Assembly (NCBI RefSeq): GCF_030028105.1
Contig: NC_092380.1
Location: 94,183,530 to 94,247,529 of the forward strand
DNA: 64,000 bases
Origin: Mobula birostris
Taxonomy: Eukaryota
Direction: 5' to 3'
Both the position numbers and the translations under genes were made by a program. The notes under the pieces were generated by a model, which searched no databases, was not told where the DNA came from, and was given only the letters and a program-made list of their open reading frames with translations. Below, one piece after another: positions 36,133 to 49,480 of the stretch. Position 1 is the stretch's first letter. Every line of letters starts with the position of its first letter.

Positions 36133-37666
36133 CTCTGTTAGCGATCTCATTAGCCGTCTCTCAGCCCAGTATGACAGTGCGCAGTAGGACCGTGTTCATT
36201 TTGGTTGAGTCCATTCTCAGTTTTAGGCAAGATGGAGGAAGCTGTGGATAATTGGTGAGCGCTGTATTGCACGGAGAGGAGGAAAAAAGTCTGATCAGGA
36301 GCGTAAAGTGTGTTTTCCGAGCATGTCTGACTTGCCCAACTTGGGCCATGACATCAGTCCTCCCTCCTGAATTACATCCAACTTTCCCATATGTGCCGGT
36401 GACTGACTTATGGGAGCGAACAAACTTTACCAGCGTAGTACAGAATTGGAGGAAAATTTTCATTCTAAAGAAGGAATTTTTACATGCCTCAACTCAACTG
36501 CTGGCCTGCCACTTTGCTGTTGTTGTAAACGTTGCAAAAGTTGGATTGTGTTGTTTATAAGTGTATTGTATTGTGATGTTTTTGTATTTTTGGTGGTTTT
36601 CTCATTTAGTTATTTATTAAGCCATTCTTTTCTACATTTTATTAACCCCTGTGTTTTACAGACATGTCTGACAGTCCAATGTGGTAATTTTTAAAGAGGA
36701 GATGTGAGATTGAAGAGGAGGTGTGAGACGGAAGAGGAGGATTCCAGCCCTAGGGCAATGGACAATTCCGATAAGGATAATAATTAAGAATTACAGTCTT
36801 CTCAGTCATTTCATTTCACTAGTACAACAATGAACAAAAAAAAAGCTACTTACCAATGAGTTGTACGTGGACTACTAATCCTAGTTGTCCTATTCCATTG
36901 TGCCTAGTTTACAACTTACAATAGCTCCAGCAAAATTGAAAACCCACTTAACTACAAATCACAGCGATATGACATGTAAAAGTGCCGATTATTTTAAATG
37001 GCTATTGGAATCTCAAAACAGAGTAAACCTCTTGTTAATAAAGTCACAGTCAGTAAAAGTGTGGGGAAGCAAGTTATTTAGTAGCAGAACTTATTACCCA
37101 GAAAAGGAAAAGTCACACAGTTGGTGAGAATCTAATAATGTCAGCATGTAAAATTATAGTGAGTAAAATGCGAGAACAAGATGCAGTATGAGATGTCAAA
37201 AAGGTTTCACTCTCAAACAGTACGATAAGTCAATGTACTGATGACATGTCACATGATGCTGAAAAGGTTTTGTGTGATAAACTGAAAAACAACAGCTTTT
37301 CTATCCAGGTTGATGAGTCAACAGATTCCACCAATAAATGTCATGGTACAGCATTTGTAAGATTTATAAATGATGGTGAAATTCAAGAAAACTTTTTCTG
37401 GTGCAAAGATCTGCCCGAAATAAGCAAAGGCCAAGATATATTTAATGTTTTGTCTCCATATCTGGAAAGAAAAGGTTTATCTTGGAGGGACTGCGTTGGC
37501 ATCTGAACAGATGGTGCCCCATCAATGGTTGGTTTCATGAGAGGCTTTCTTTCTCTTGTAAAAAAAAGAGACAATCCTTACAGTCACAACACACGGCTTT
37601 CTTCAGAGAGGTGCTGATGACAAAAACTCTTGGAGATGAAATTAAAGAAATGCTACAAAAATGGTT

Positions 37667-38113
37667 AACTTTATTAAACAAACACCAGTTCATTCGAGAA
37701 TGTTTAAAAAAAAACTGTGAAAACCTGTACAGAGAGCAAACCAATCTTCTGCAACGTACAGAAATCCGGTGGCTTATTAGAGGAAGAATTCTCAACGGGG
37801 TTTTTGAGCTGAAAGGGAAACTTTATTAAACAAAGACCAGTTCAGTCAAGAATAGTTAAATAACAAACTGTGCAAATAGCACACTAATCTTCTGCAACAT
37901 ACGGAAATCCAGTGGGTTAGCAGAAGAAGACTTCTCAACAGGTGTATCAGCTGAAAGCGGAACTTTATTAAACAATGACCAGTTCACTCGAGAATGTCTA
38001 AAAAACTTTGTGAAAACCTGTACAAAAAGCACACCAGTCTTCTGTGACATACGGAAATCCGGTGGCTTAGCAGAGGAAGAGTTCTCAACAGGGTGCTTGA
38101 GCTGAAAGGTGAA
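37667..38113 (+). repeat. Triplicated ~150-bp segment in the transposase gene
   Basis: Three diverged units, each starting AACTTTATTAAACAA and containing GAAATCC.GTGG and GCTGAAAG. Confidence 0.85.
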
Positions 38114-39404
38114 TTGCAGGAGTACTTTCAATAAAATAGTAGGCCGGCTTTTGCTGACTGCTTTGAAGATGAAGAATGGCTACAGAAACTAGCCTACTTA
38201 GCAGACTTTTTCATCATATGAACCGGTTGAACAAGTCTCTGCAAGGCCCTGGTGAAAATGTTTAGAATTCAAGTGACAAGATTCCTGGATTTAAAAGGAA
38301 ACCAAACCTTTGGAAAAATCATGAGTGAAAAAGAAATCTTGAAATGTTTCCACTGTTGCTTGGGGCTTGAGAGTGAGGAAGGATATCAGAAAGTCTTGAG
38401 TCTTATTGAAGACCACCTGGAAGAACTGCAGAACAAAACTGAACAATACTTTTCCTCCCTTTCAACACAAGTGTATGACTGGGTGAGGGACCCTTTCTCT
38501 GAATCTTCTGCTCAGCCTGAACACTTGACTTCGAGAGAAGAGGAAGAATTTTGTGAGCTGCAGTCTGATCATGCACTCAAGGTGAGAATTACTGACCTGT
38601 CCCTGGGCAATTTCTGGATTTCTGTGTAAGAAGAGTATCCTACCATTCACAGGAGATTAATGAACATTATGCTGCAGTTTTCATCTTCTTACTTGTGTGA
38701 GCAAGCTTTTTCTTGTTTAACAAGCATCAAGAGGAAGGATAGAAATCATCTCATTTCAATTGAAAGTGAAGTCAGTGTGTGCTTATCTTAAGTTCAACCC
38801 AGAATTGAGTATTTGTGCAGCAAAAAGAAAGCTCAGGTTTCACATGTTAGGCCTATATTTGAACCTGATCATGTCATTTAGCAAGAACATATTTTTTCAA
38901 AGTCTTGCATAAAATTGTGTCTTAGGCTATATTTTTATTCATATTGCTTTGGCTTCTGGTTTTTAGTTAACTTTACTGATCAACATTGTCAATAAATTTT
39001 CATGTTGTAAATAGGATTAATTAAAATCAATTTACAACCTTTAGTTAAGTTAAATCTACTGAGCCTACCTTTGGAAAAATTAAATCCCATTTTGGCTTAA
39101 GTGAGAAATTTACAATGTTTTGCCTGATGAGTTTTTAAATTTATGTATGTGAAAGAAAGAGATTAATTATTTCAAGAAAAGTAAACTTATATTAACTATC
39201 TGTTTTATTTCAATAAAAGTTGGCTAAAAATCATTCTCTGCTTAAAAAAGCATTGACAATTATTCCTGGATTATTATTTCTACAACTTACTGATCACTCT
39301 AACATGCTGTGATCTGTAGATAAATTAATATTTACGCAGGCATTCCCTGAGACCGGAAAATTATTTTAAGTGTTCCTCCAGAGCAAAAAAGTTGAGAAAG
39401 ACTG

Positions 39405-42095
39405 TTCTACACCACCATGGCTTTCCTCTCTTTCTTTGAGAACTTGGACCAGAAATACGAAGCCTTCCCGCAGACAAATCCTGCATGTCCAGCCTGGACA
39501 CTGCTGACGACCTCTTGGTGCTGCCAGCTGCTGATGGCCTGGTCTACTTTCAGCTTGAGCTCTCCACTTATGGCCGGTACGGACTAAGGCACTGGCGCTC
39601 CACATCAGCGGCTCAGTGGACTCCCTCAGCTCAATGACCAGTCGGGTTTTCTTCTGCTTGTACCCCAGGCTGGTGGACCTTAGTGGCAGCTGCAACATGT
39701 TCTTCCTGAAGAGGCCAGTGTCCGAGAGACCCAGCCATTTCAGGAGGTGGGAGTTGGCTATCCCATCCGTCCTACTGGCTGATGAGGGAATTTTACACAT
39801 TTTTAGGGGCCACCTTTGGTACAGTGTGAATTGTAGCACAACACTTTATACTTTCCAGGTAGTAGGCTCTGATCGATTCTGGCCAGGCTCTCTGCGAGCT
39901 GTTTCTGTGCTACTTTTCCCATCTGCCTGTCAGAGAGTTCTGCGGTGTACTACCTCCCAAGGCTTTGGATGGGCTGCCTGGCCAACCATGGGATTTCCTT
40001 GCCCCCTACACCAAAGGTGATGTTGTCACTTCAGACCCCTTTTCGAAGGGACAGGCTTTGCGACTTGGAGATGTTGATCTTCACCTTTGCCCATGTCATT
40101 AACTCATCCAGCCTCTTCAGCAGCCTTCTTGTGCATGCAACCATTTTAAGGATCTTTGTGACATCATCCTTGTAGCTTCTCAGCGGAGGAAGCCTCTGTC
40201 CTGACTGTAGCTTTATCCCTCCAACCACCTGTCTTGCTCCAATAAGGATGATCTCAGAGGTGGCTACAGACAGGATGGGAGAGATGGAACACCCCACTGC
40301 AATACCAACTTTGAACCTACTTTTGTGAAGTCTCTAAAAGAGAAGCCCATTTGGAGGTCACTGAGGTAAACAGAAACCCGGTCTCTAATGCAGTCAGGAA
40401 TGTAAAAGAACTCCATCGCAAAGTTGATGAGCTGGTGAGGCACAGATCCAAAGGCATTCACAATACCCAGCCACACAACATGTTGGTCACCTTTCTCACA
40501 GCTGGCTTGTTGGATCTGGTCCCACATCATTGATGTATGTTCCACATATCTCGGGAAGGCTAGAACTCCTGCCTTCTGGCAGCCGGGATCAATGTAGCCA
40601 TTGCCCATGAGGTAGCTGGTCATCCTCTCAACTATGACAGAGAAGATGATTTTCCCCTCGACATTCAGCAGTTCAATGCTCCTGCAGTTGATGAAACTGG
40701 TGTTCTGCTCTTTGGAGATGAAAACCACCACAGCTCTTTGCCGCTCTGGTTTTTCAAGGCAGTTCTCATTAGGTTCCCCAGGATCTTTCACACACCAGGC
40801 AGTTCTTATAGAGTTTGTAAGGAATTCCGTTCAGACCTGTCGCTGATGCTGACTTTGCCCTTTTGATGACTTCTCTGACTTCACTTAGCTTGGTGTCCAA
40901 TGAAACAGTTGGGCGAGCAGGATGTGGGACGTATCCTGGTGATCCAAGAGAAGAGAAGTTGTCCTTGCTGGATCACTGTACTGGCCCCGATGTACCGCTC
41001 CAACTCCTTTTTGGTGGCTTCTAGCTTCCCGTTCTTATAATCCTCCAACAGCTGATGGCATATTTGAAGGGATTCCTGAAGCAGCTGTCTCTCTCTCTCT
41101 CTCCCCCCTTCTTTCTCCTGCACTTACACATGCACTCTGCCCTTCACATCCTAGTCAACTTCTGCTTTAATTCGTTCCACTAGGACTTTAAGTCCACCTT
41201 CTCTTCCTGTGTTGCTTTCTTGCACTTCTTCCGCACTGGCGCCGACTTCATGCTAGCTGCTCTACGTCCTTCTCCCTTCTTCCTTTTCCTCCGAGAGCAG
41301 CGACATGTTGAGCTTGATGTGAACTTCACCAACTCTATTCCTATATGCCTCATAGAGGAAGTCTCCAAATGAGTTAAGCTTGCCTTCTGCTCGGCCGCGT
41401 AGCGCGTGTTCTAGGATCACGCTCGGGCCCAGTCTCTGCCACTCGGACACTTCATTCACCTTTGGCCCCTTGATCTTGTGCCTCATTCCTGGTTTACTTT
41501 GTGGTGTGGCTCCACAGATGGGGGGATGTCAGGTGTATTTGTGTGTTTACACATGGGGGGGGGGTGGTGTTTACCCTCCATTGTTAGGCCTTTCTTCCCT
41601 ATTAATATATCACCAACAGTAATGATGGGTCTTTTAGCCCTGTGGTTTACTTCCTGGCTTTGCGTTACTCTTGTCTGATCTGCCACAGCTGTGCAAGGTT
41701 GCTGTTGGCCTTGCTCACTGCACTTCATTCTCCCCTGATGGATTCATAGTCCCCTGTGTGTCATGTTCATCACGTTCTCCCATCCATGCCTGCATTTCCA
41801 AAGGATGTTTACCAAGTTGCCTGTATTAGATCTGGTCATTGCCACGCAATCCATCCTTTTGGGCCATTCTTTCATCCCGCCTCTCAGGGGGCCTTTGTGT
41901 TGTTTTCTCTTATTCATCTCTGTAGTCATTGATAGTGTCTCTGCCACAAGAAGCTCGCGGATAGGGTGACTAGCTGACAACTCCTAGTGCAGACTTTCCT
42001 GTAGTCATCCAGTTTTACCTGGACGTCCTCCAGTCTTCCCTGGACTTCAACTGACCTTTCACAGTAGTCAGTGGATACCCAGAAGTTTCAATGAG
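39405..42095 (-). mobile_element. HERO-like element copy 1, 5' part (5' UTR, N-terminus, RT)
   Basis: RSIELLNVEGKI.F...QKAG....EH...VVWL...NAFGSVPH; GCSISPIL; SYKDDVT. Confidence 0.88.
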
Positions 42096-42100
42096 ATCTA

Positions 42101-43230
42101 CAGGAGGATGTTTCCTGCTTGGCATTACTACCTGCCGCACTTCCAACAGTGCCCTTAGTTCAGCTGCAGGATCATCAACCAGGGACCACTATTCATTGAT
42201 GTTTCGCTCCCTTAGCCCTCGTACAACTCCTGGTGGTGGAGCAGTGGCAGGGACCCCCCATGCCATCCCCTGCGGCTTTCAGTGGGGTTAGTCGGTCACC
42301 AGATTTCTGTCCTTCCTCCTCAGCCACTGCCAGTAGCTGCCCTTTCTGCCTCTTCAGCCATCTATCTGATGGCCCTCCTGAGCTTCGCTCCAGTCACCAT
42401 GTGGATTATCACAGAGTATCCTCGTCGTCGACGCACCAAGATAGTGCTGGCATCCTTCCTCCACAGGGTAGATGATGGTCCTCCAACCAGCTTCCTTACA
42501 CTCAGCTGGCAAGTATGAGTACTTCAGCATCGTCTGCTTGTGGGCAGCCTCCACTCCTTCCTCCCATGAGATGGTTTACTCACTGAGCAGGACTGGCTTG
42601 GCAGCCATGGACCACAGTACTGTCTGGGTCGAGAGATGCGGTAGTAACTTCAGTTGGGAACTGTAGCTGCCTGCTGAGATCTGCCATCATATTCTACTCC
42701 ATACCTATGGAGAGGAGTCCTGAAGAAGCTCTTGGGCAGGTGTATTCAGCGCTCTTACCAGCCTCTACAAATATGATGTGTTGTCATCCCACGGGGGAAA
42801 GGCTGCTTCTGGCATCCCCCCTGCAGGTCTCAAGGATCTCCACCAGCTTCTTCCAGACTTGGTCATGCCACCACCTGTAGCACCCTTGGGATGGCACAGT
42901 CTTGCATTCTGCCAGGATGTGTTGGAGGTTGGCGTTGGTGGTATCACACAGGGGGCAGCTACCCTCACTGCCAAACCACAGATGAAGATCTCGGTGGCAG
43001 GGTAAGGTATCATATGTTGCCCTGATGAGGAAGCAGAGTCTGAAATGTGAGACCTTCCACGAGTCAGATCTGCTGAATGACCTGTTGATGGATGCCCTTC
43101 CAAATTTTCCATCTTCCCTGGTGGCCCTATGCCACTGTCGTCACCTTGTAGTACTGCTGTTCTGTTCTTGTCACCTTCTCCACTACCATGGCTGTCTGCT
43201 CTTTCTTTGAGGCCTTGGACCAGATACAAC
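42101..43230 (-). mobile_element. HERO-like element copy 2 (5'-truncated 3' portion), directly upstream of copy 1
   Basis: Collinear with 32608-33565 and 35734-35830; EAAH...KY..L.AEC.EAGW..YPVE.GC. Confidence 0.85.
42165..42227 (-). ncRNA. Decayed permuted hammerhead motif in HERO-like 3' UTR (subfamily 2, copy 2)
   Basis: Minus strand GTTGT-A-CGAGGG-CTAA-GGGAGC-GAA-ACATC-(13 nt)-CCCTGG-TTGATGA-TCCT. C3 is mutated to U. Confidence 0.55.
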
Positions 43231-44359
43231 GAGTGTTGAATATTTTATTTAACTTTGGGAGATTACCCTCTCAGTCATCTCCTCTCAAAGTTACTTATTA
43301 ATTTTTCCCTCCTAACTCAAGTCCTCTGCAGCTGAGGATAAGCCTCATATCCTGATTTGATTAAGTAGCCCAGACCTTACAGAAGAAAAGGTAGCCATTT
43401 GTCCCTAGATACTCTATTAGTAACTGGATGGGGCATAATTTACTCCCACACCATTCTATGTAACTGTACCATTCAGCATCTGGTTTGTTTTTCTGGTTGA
43501 TTGCTGCACTGCAGTTAAAAGACTTGTTACATGCAGAACCTAAAATCTCAGACAAGAGTTTTTTTCCCCAATTACATTGCATCACATTTATCCATATTCA
43601 ATTTCATCTGCATTGACCTATTTTAAGAATTCCAGTGCTGGCTCTTAGGATTAATCTTCCTTGATTTTCTAGCTCTCAAAATGAGCTATCCTTGGTTGCC
43701 AAAGGCATCTCAATTTGATAGCATCAGAAAAGTTGGCTAAGTTCCAGTTTTCAGGTGATAGGCTAGAACTGCACCTATCTTCTCCGTCGTATTAACTCAT
43801 CCATGCCATCAGATGAATCACTTTTCCACAGGCCCGTTTTATATTCAAAAGTTCATGACCACATTCAAACACTGCAAAGAGACAAATAACCACCAAAGAG
43901 CCACAGAAGATAATATTCTAAATGGCACCTTCTGATTAGATTTTAATCCATTTATATGAGCCACTTTGATTTCCATTTGAGTTCCAGATATAAATTACTG
44001 CATAGAAATGACTTCTTGGTGATGTTTTGATTTCAACCCCTGGAAACATATGCATTTTTCACCTGCTTATCTCCTCCACAACTAATGGACTCACTTTCAA
44101 GGACTCTTCATCTCAGGTTCTCAAAATTTATTGCTTATTTATTTATAATTATTATTGCTTCTTTTTCTAGTTGTACAGTTTGTTGTCTTCTGCCACTGGT
44201 TGAATATCCTAGTTAGTGCAGACTTTCATTGATTCTGCTATGTTATTATTCTGTAGACTTATTGAGTATGCCCACAAGATAGTGAATTTCAGGGTTGTAT
44301 ATGGTGACATATGTGTACTTCGATAATAAAATTTGCTTTAAATTTTGAACCTTCCTTTA

Positions 44360-44670
44360 ATGGCCCCATCCCACCCTTCCTCCCATAGCCTATTAACCTT
44401 TCGTACCCGATTCCTTCTTCTTCAGTCCTTTACCTTTTCTACCTATCATCTTCCAGCTTCTTAACTCATCCCCCCCCCCCTCCTGCACCCACCTGGCTTC
44501 ACCTATCATCTACCTGTATGTACTCCTTCTCCCCCCCACCTACTTATTCTGGCTTCTTCCTGCTTCCTTTCCAGTCTTGATGAAAGATCTTGGCCCGAAA
44601 CATCAACTGTTTATTCCTTTCCATAGACGCTGCCTGACCTGCTGAGCTCCTCCAGCATTTTGTGTGTAAA
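44360..44670 (+). mobile_element. Penelope-like 3' UTR
   Basis: TTGATGAAAGATCTTGGCCCGAAAC hammerhead remnant followed by GCTGCCTGACCTGCTGAG..CCAGCA. Confidence 0.65.
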
Positions 44671-45957
44671 TAGTTTTATTTCTTCTTTCCATGCTCAATT
44701 CCTGTATTGTTTCAGGTGATAATTTATGAGCCAGTTTTTGATTTTGTTTTACATATAAAAAGACAAGAAATGGAAGAAGTTGGTATTTTGGCCTATTGCA
44801 TCTGCTCTGCTACTCAATAAACCATCAAGAATATTCTTTAAAGAAATATATTATATTGTTACATGTACATCAAAAAATAGAAATATAAAGTGAAATCCAT
44901 CGTTTGCGTCAAATCAGATTGGTGAGCTAGGGTTTTCTATAAGTGTTGCCATGTTTCCAGCATTAACATAGCAGGCCCACAACTCACTAACCCTCACCGG
45001 AAATTTTTGGAATGTGGGAAGAAACTGAAGCACCTGGAGGAAACCCTGTGATCATGTACAAGCTTGTTTCAGACAGCAGTTGGAACTGAAATCTGATCAT
45101 TTATTGCTGGCGCCGCAAAGCTTCTCTCTATGTCATTCTACAGTGCTATTTCCCTGCACGGAACACAGATCTCTTCATTTCTTCAATATCAAAACATTCA
45201 CCATGCTTATAATAGAGCAAGTCATTTAGGCCAATTCATCCATGTCATTCTTTGGTGTTAAACCCATCATGCAGTACCTGGTCTACAGCCCTCTAATGAT
45301 CCAAATGCTCAACTAGATGTTGAGAACAACCAAGCTTTAGCCACAGATAACAGAGATACTGCAGATGCAGAGAATCTTGAGTAACTCATACAATATTCAT
45401 AAGATATTGTCCATTCCCCCCCCATAGATGCTGTCTGACTTAATTAGTTCCTCTAGCATTGTATGTGTTACTCAAGCTTCAACCACTCTCTCAGGCAATC
45501 TACTAAAGATACTTACCAACCTCTGTGTGAAGAAGATGCCCCTCAGTTCCACCCTAAACCACTTCTTTTTACCTTAAACATAAGCCCTCTAGTTTTATCT
45601 ATCTCTGACATGGGGAAAAGTTTTCTGCAGCCCATTCTCTCTATATCCCTCATAATTTTATATTCCTCAATCATATCGCCTCTTAGCACTCTCTGCTCCA
45701 TGGAGAACAAACTCAACTACTTCATTGTCTCCTCATAATTTGACTGCTCCATCTCAGGCAATCTTCTCTGAACCTTCTCAGCATTATCACCTGCTGCTTC
45801 TACATTTATCACCAGAATACCATGCGGCCCTCTGCCAAAATGTTTATAATTTCAGAGCATAAACTCTCCATTTCTGTATTGATGCTCCGATTACTGAAGG
45901 CCAATATCCTATTTAACTTGATAACCACACTGTCTATCTGACATAGGTGGAGACGGA

Positions 45958-46791
45958 GTCATGATGGCGCTAAATTGCGACTACTTCCCGTTCTTGTATG
46001 AAAACAGCTTAATTTCTACTTTTGATGTCTCTCCTTCTCCCTTTCAGGATGGATGGGGTTCTGCTGAAGACCCTGACCTGGAGATACGCTCAGACTTCAG
46101 TTCTCCGCGGTGATGGGACCCACTCCTGGGGGCTCATGACAGCCACTTTTCAATATCCCAAGGACGCACCCTACAAGACGAGAGAGCCTTTGCGGTTCCG
46201 AGGTTTCACTGCACTGTGGACGGGTTGATTCTAAGCCGGTGCATCACGGGAGAGAACGGAACATCAGGAACAGCAAATCAGCTGTTGGAGGCTGTGAACT
46301 CAGCGAGTTGTGCTCTCTCACTCTCGTCAGTGGCTGAGAGATGGTTGCCAATTCTCGAGTCACAGAACTGAGAAAAAAAGTGATGTGACAGACTTCTAAC
46401 ACCTTAAATCAGCGAGTTGTTTTGTTGTGTCTCCCCTCTTGCTGTGAAAGGGGAACCTCTCTGTCCCTTTATTAGGGAGAGAGAGCCTGTGGTACGTTGA
46501 ATTGTCGGGTGAACCATTAGTTTTTGTTGTACTGCAGATCACGGTCTTTATTGGGGGCCTTGCTATTGCTTGGTTGGTTGGTGGAGGATGCTGATGCTTT
46601 TTTGCTGTTGGGGTTGGGGAGGGTAGTTGTTTTGCTGCTGCTTGTGTGTGGGAGAGCTTTGGGGTTCTAACGTTTTAACTGTCATTCACTCTTTGGGACG
46701 CTCTTCTGTTTTTGTGGATGTGTGCAAAGTAAACGAATTTCAGGATGTATATTGTACACACTTCTCTGATATTAAATGGAACTATTGAACT
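45958..46791 (+). mobile_element. ~800-bp non-coding retroposon, copy 3 (divergent), inserted in a decayed minus-strand CR1 (~45480-47200)
   Basis: Starts ATGATGGCGC; shares the GAAGACCCTGACCTGGAG block; ends ATTAAATGGAACTATTGAAC. Confidence 0.7.
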
Positions 46792-47674
46792 GTCTGCATT
46801 TCCACTTTCAACGTACTCCAAGGTCCCTCTTTTCCTCATTAGTCACTTAGACCCTATGATCCATGGTGTATGCACTCAAAATGGAACACTTCTCATTTGT
46901 CTGGATTACATTCCATTTGCCATTTCTCAGCACATTTCATCAACACATCAATTATTCTCTGCAGCCTAAGACTATCTTCTTCACTATCAACAACTTGGCC
47001 AATCTTTGTGTCATCTGCAAATTTATTGATGGTGCCTCCCGAATCATATGTTTCAAACACCAAGGGTCTCATAATGTATCCTTGTGGAATGCCACTGATC
47101 ACAGGCATCCAACTGCAAAAACACCCCTCTACAATCTCACTCTGTTTTCTATTTTCAAGGTTGGACTCATAAGCCACTTGAGAGCCGATAAGTAGATCAA
47201 CAGAATGAAGACCATCATCCTCGACCTCGGGGGATAGCCACGACGACAATTTTCTATTGAATAGACAATTTTAGATCTCATTTCCCAATTTTCCCCAAAT
47301 CAACCAGCCTCCCCGTTGTGATCTTCGCAAAAGTACTAACATCCATGTAAGTCACTCCACCTCATCCATTCTCATTGTTACCTCTTCAAAGAATTCAACG
47401 ATTAAAGATAAAATTAGCTTTTCATCAAAACATACTGTGTCATTTGCATCAAGTCAAATCAGTGAGCATTGTGCTAGGCAACCTGCACTTGCAGTGCCAA
47501 CAGCGTAGCATGCCCGCAACTCATGAACTCAAACCACACAGCATTGTGGTGTGGGAAGAAACCAGAGCATCTGGAGGAAACACACAGGGTCACTCTTTAC
47601 AGGCTGCAGCAGGAATTGTACCTTAATCTGTGAAAGCAGGCACTGCAAAGCTATACGCTAACCACTACATAGCA

Positions 47675-48170
47675 CATAGAACAGTATAGCACAGGGACAG
47701 GCCCTTCACCCCACTGTGTTGTGTTGAACCAACAAAATTAGTAATCAAATAGTCAACTAAACTAACCCTTTCTGCCTATAAAACATCCAAGTCCTTCCAT
47801 TTCTCTCACATTCATGTGCCTATCTAAACATCTTTAACAATTCCTAATATATCTGCCTCTACCCCCATCCCAGGCATTGCATTCCAGTCACAAGCCATTC
47901 CCTGTGTAAAAACTTGCCCCTCACATCTCCTTTGAACTTACACCCTTTCACCTTATACGCATGCCCTCTGGTATTCGGCTTTTCAACTCTGAGAAAAAGA
48001 TACTGTCTGTATACTCTACCTATGCCTCTCATAATCTTATAAACCTCTGTCAGATCTCACCTTAGCTTCCAGTACTCCAAAGAAAACAACCCAAGTTTGT
48101 CCAACCTCTCATTATTGCACATGCCCTCTAATCCAGGCAGCATCCTCTTAACCCTCTTTTGCATCTTGTC
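47675..48170 (-). mobile_element. CR1-like 3' end
   Basis: Reverse complement of the CR1 3' region seen at 12000-12465. Confidence 0.7.
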
Positions 48171-49124
48171 CGCTACGCTACTATTCTACCCATTTTTCAA
48201 TCAATTGTACCTACCCTTGATGAAGCCCTGTCAGTTGTCTGTGCCTCTTCCTTAGAATTTTTCACATTATACTCCCCACCTCTGATTAATGTTCCAGGTC
48301 TGTAAATGCCAGATTTCTCCCCGTTGCCAACATAGCGTTTTTTTGCTTTATATGCATACAGCAATAAAGAGGCAAACCACACTCAAATGTGCAGTAGATT
48401 TTATGGCTATCTCACTTAAATTCACTTTTGCTTCCTGAAAAATATTTGTCATGAACCAGTGCAAACTGGCAAAGTTATAGACTACAATAGCACTTCTCAT
48501 TTTAACATATATTTCTTGGAAATACTTTTGAATGGTTAAATGGTGAAGTACATTGAGTGCAGTAGCATTTTGTGAGTTGCTTAGATTTCCAGCATCTGCA
48601 GGTTTTCTCTTGTGAGTGCAGTAGAATATGTGTTTCGTCACAGAAAATCAGCACTTTAATCAGACTCATCTGTCCACAATCATTAACTCTGTTAAATAGC
48701 TGAAAATAATTTAAAAAATTGTAGAAATGTTTGCCAATATGAAAGAATAAATGGTTTTGCTGGACTTGTTCCAGGTCTACACTGGTGTTGGTTCAGCAGG
48801 AAGAATTCTCAGTGTGACTACCCTAAAGTCTTCAGGTTCGCAACTCTTCATAAACTCTGAAAATGGATCAGCAGGCAGTAAGGGAGCACCACCATCTTCA
48901 GGCCACACCTCAATTTGACATGCAAATCAATCATCCGTGCTTCAACATCAGGGGGTCTAAGTTCTGGAATTCCCTTCCCAAAAGCACAATGGGTGTATCA
49001 TTACCAGAAAGACTGCAGGACTGCAGTGAGTCAAGATGAAAGCGCACCAGCACCTTCTCAAAGGCAATCAGGGACATGCCATACACTTTCCCCATGCTAG
49101 TGATGCATATATCAAGCACTTTTC

Positions 49125-49480
49125 CGAGGACCATCACTTTATCATGGTGGAGAGATCCTGAGAGCAATACCATCAGGAGCTTAGCTCCTGGTAGGGCCAC
49201 CCATGGCTGTAAGTTCAAGGGGGAGCTCTCAGACAAAGTGTGATCCAACCAAGAACTCAGCAGTGGAGCTGATGGAAGATGATGACGTATCACCATCGTA
49301 GTGAAGGCTGCAGAAAGCCCCAGTCAACTTGATTCCACGCCACTGGACTTTGATCCTGATCGGTCAAGGACCGTGCGGTGGCTCACATGTCAAACAAAGT
49401 AACACACAGACCTTCTCCATTAAGGGAATAACCCCTAAAGAGAACATCATACTCGACTCAAGTGATCACACTACTACAAC
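49125..49480 (+). mobile_element. RTE-related non-autonomous element (5'-UTR-like)
   Basis: Resembles the 5' ends of fish RTE (Expander/Rex3-type) elements as I recall them; short (CTA)n-like tail. Confidence 0.45.

Larger units (their letters stand above)
35831..39404 (+). mobile_element. Full-length decayed hAT (Charlie/Buster) DNA transposon
   Basis: TIRs CAGGAATTCTCAAC / CAGTCTTTCTCAAC; 8-bp TSD TCCTCCAC/TTCTACAC (6/8); frameshifted transposase FSIQVDESTD, DGAPSMVG, RWLSRG, WVRDPF. Confidence 0.9.
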
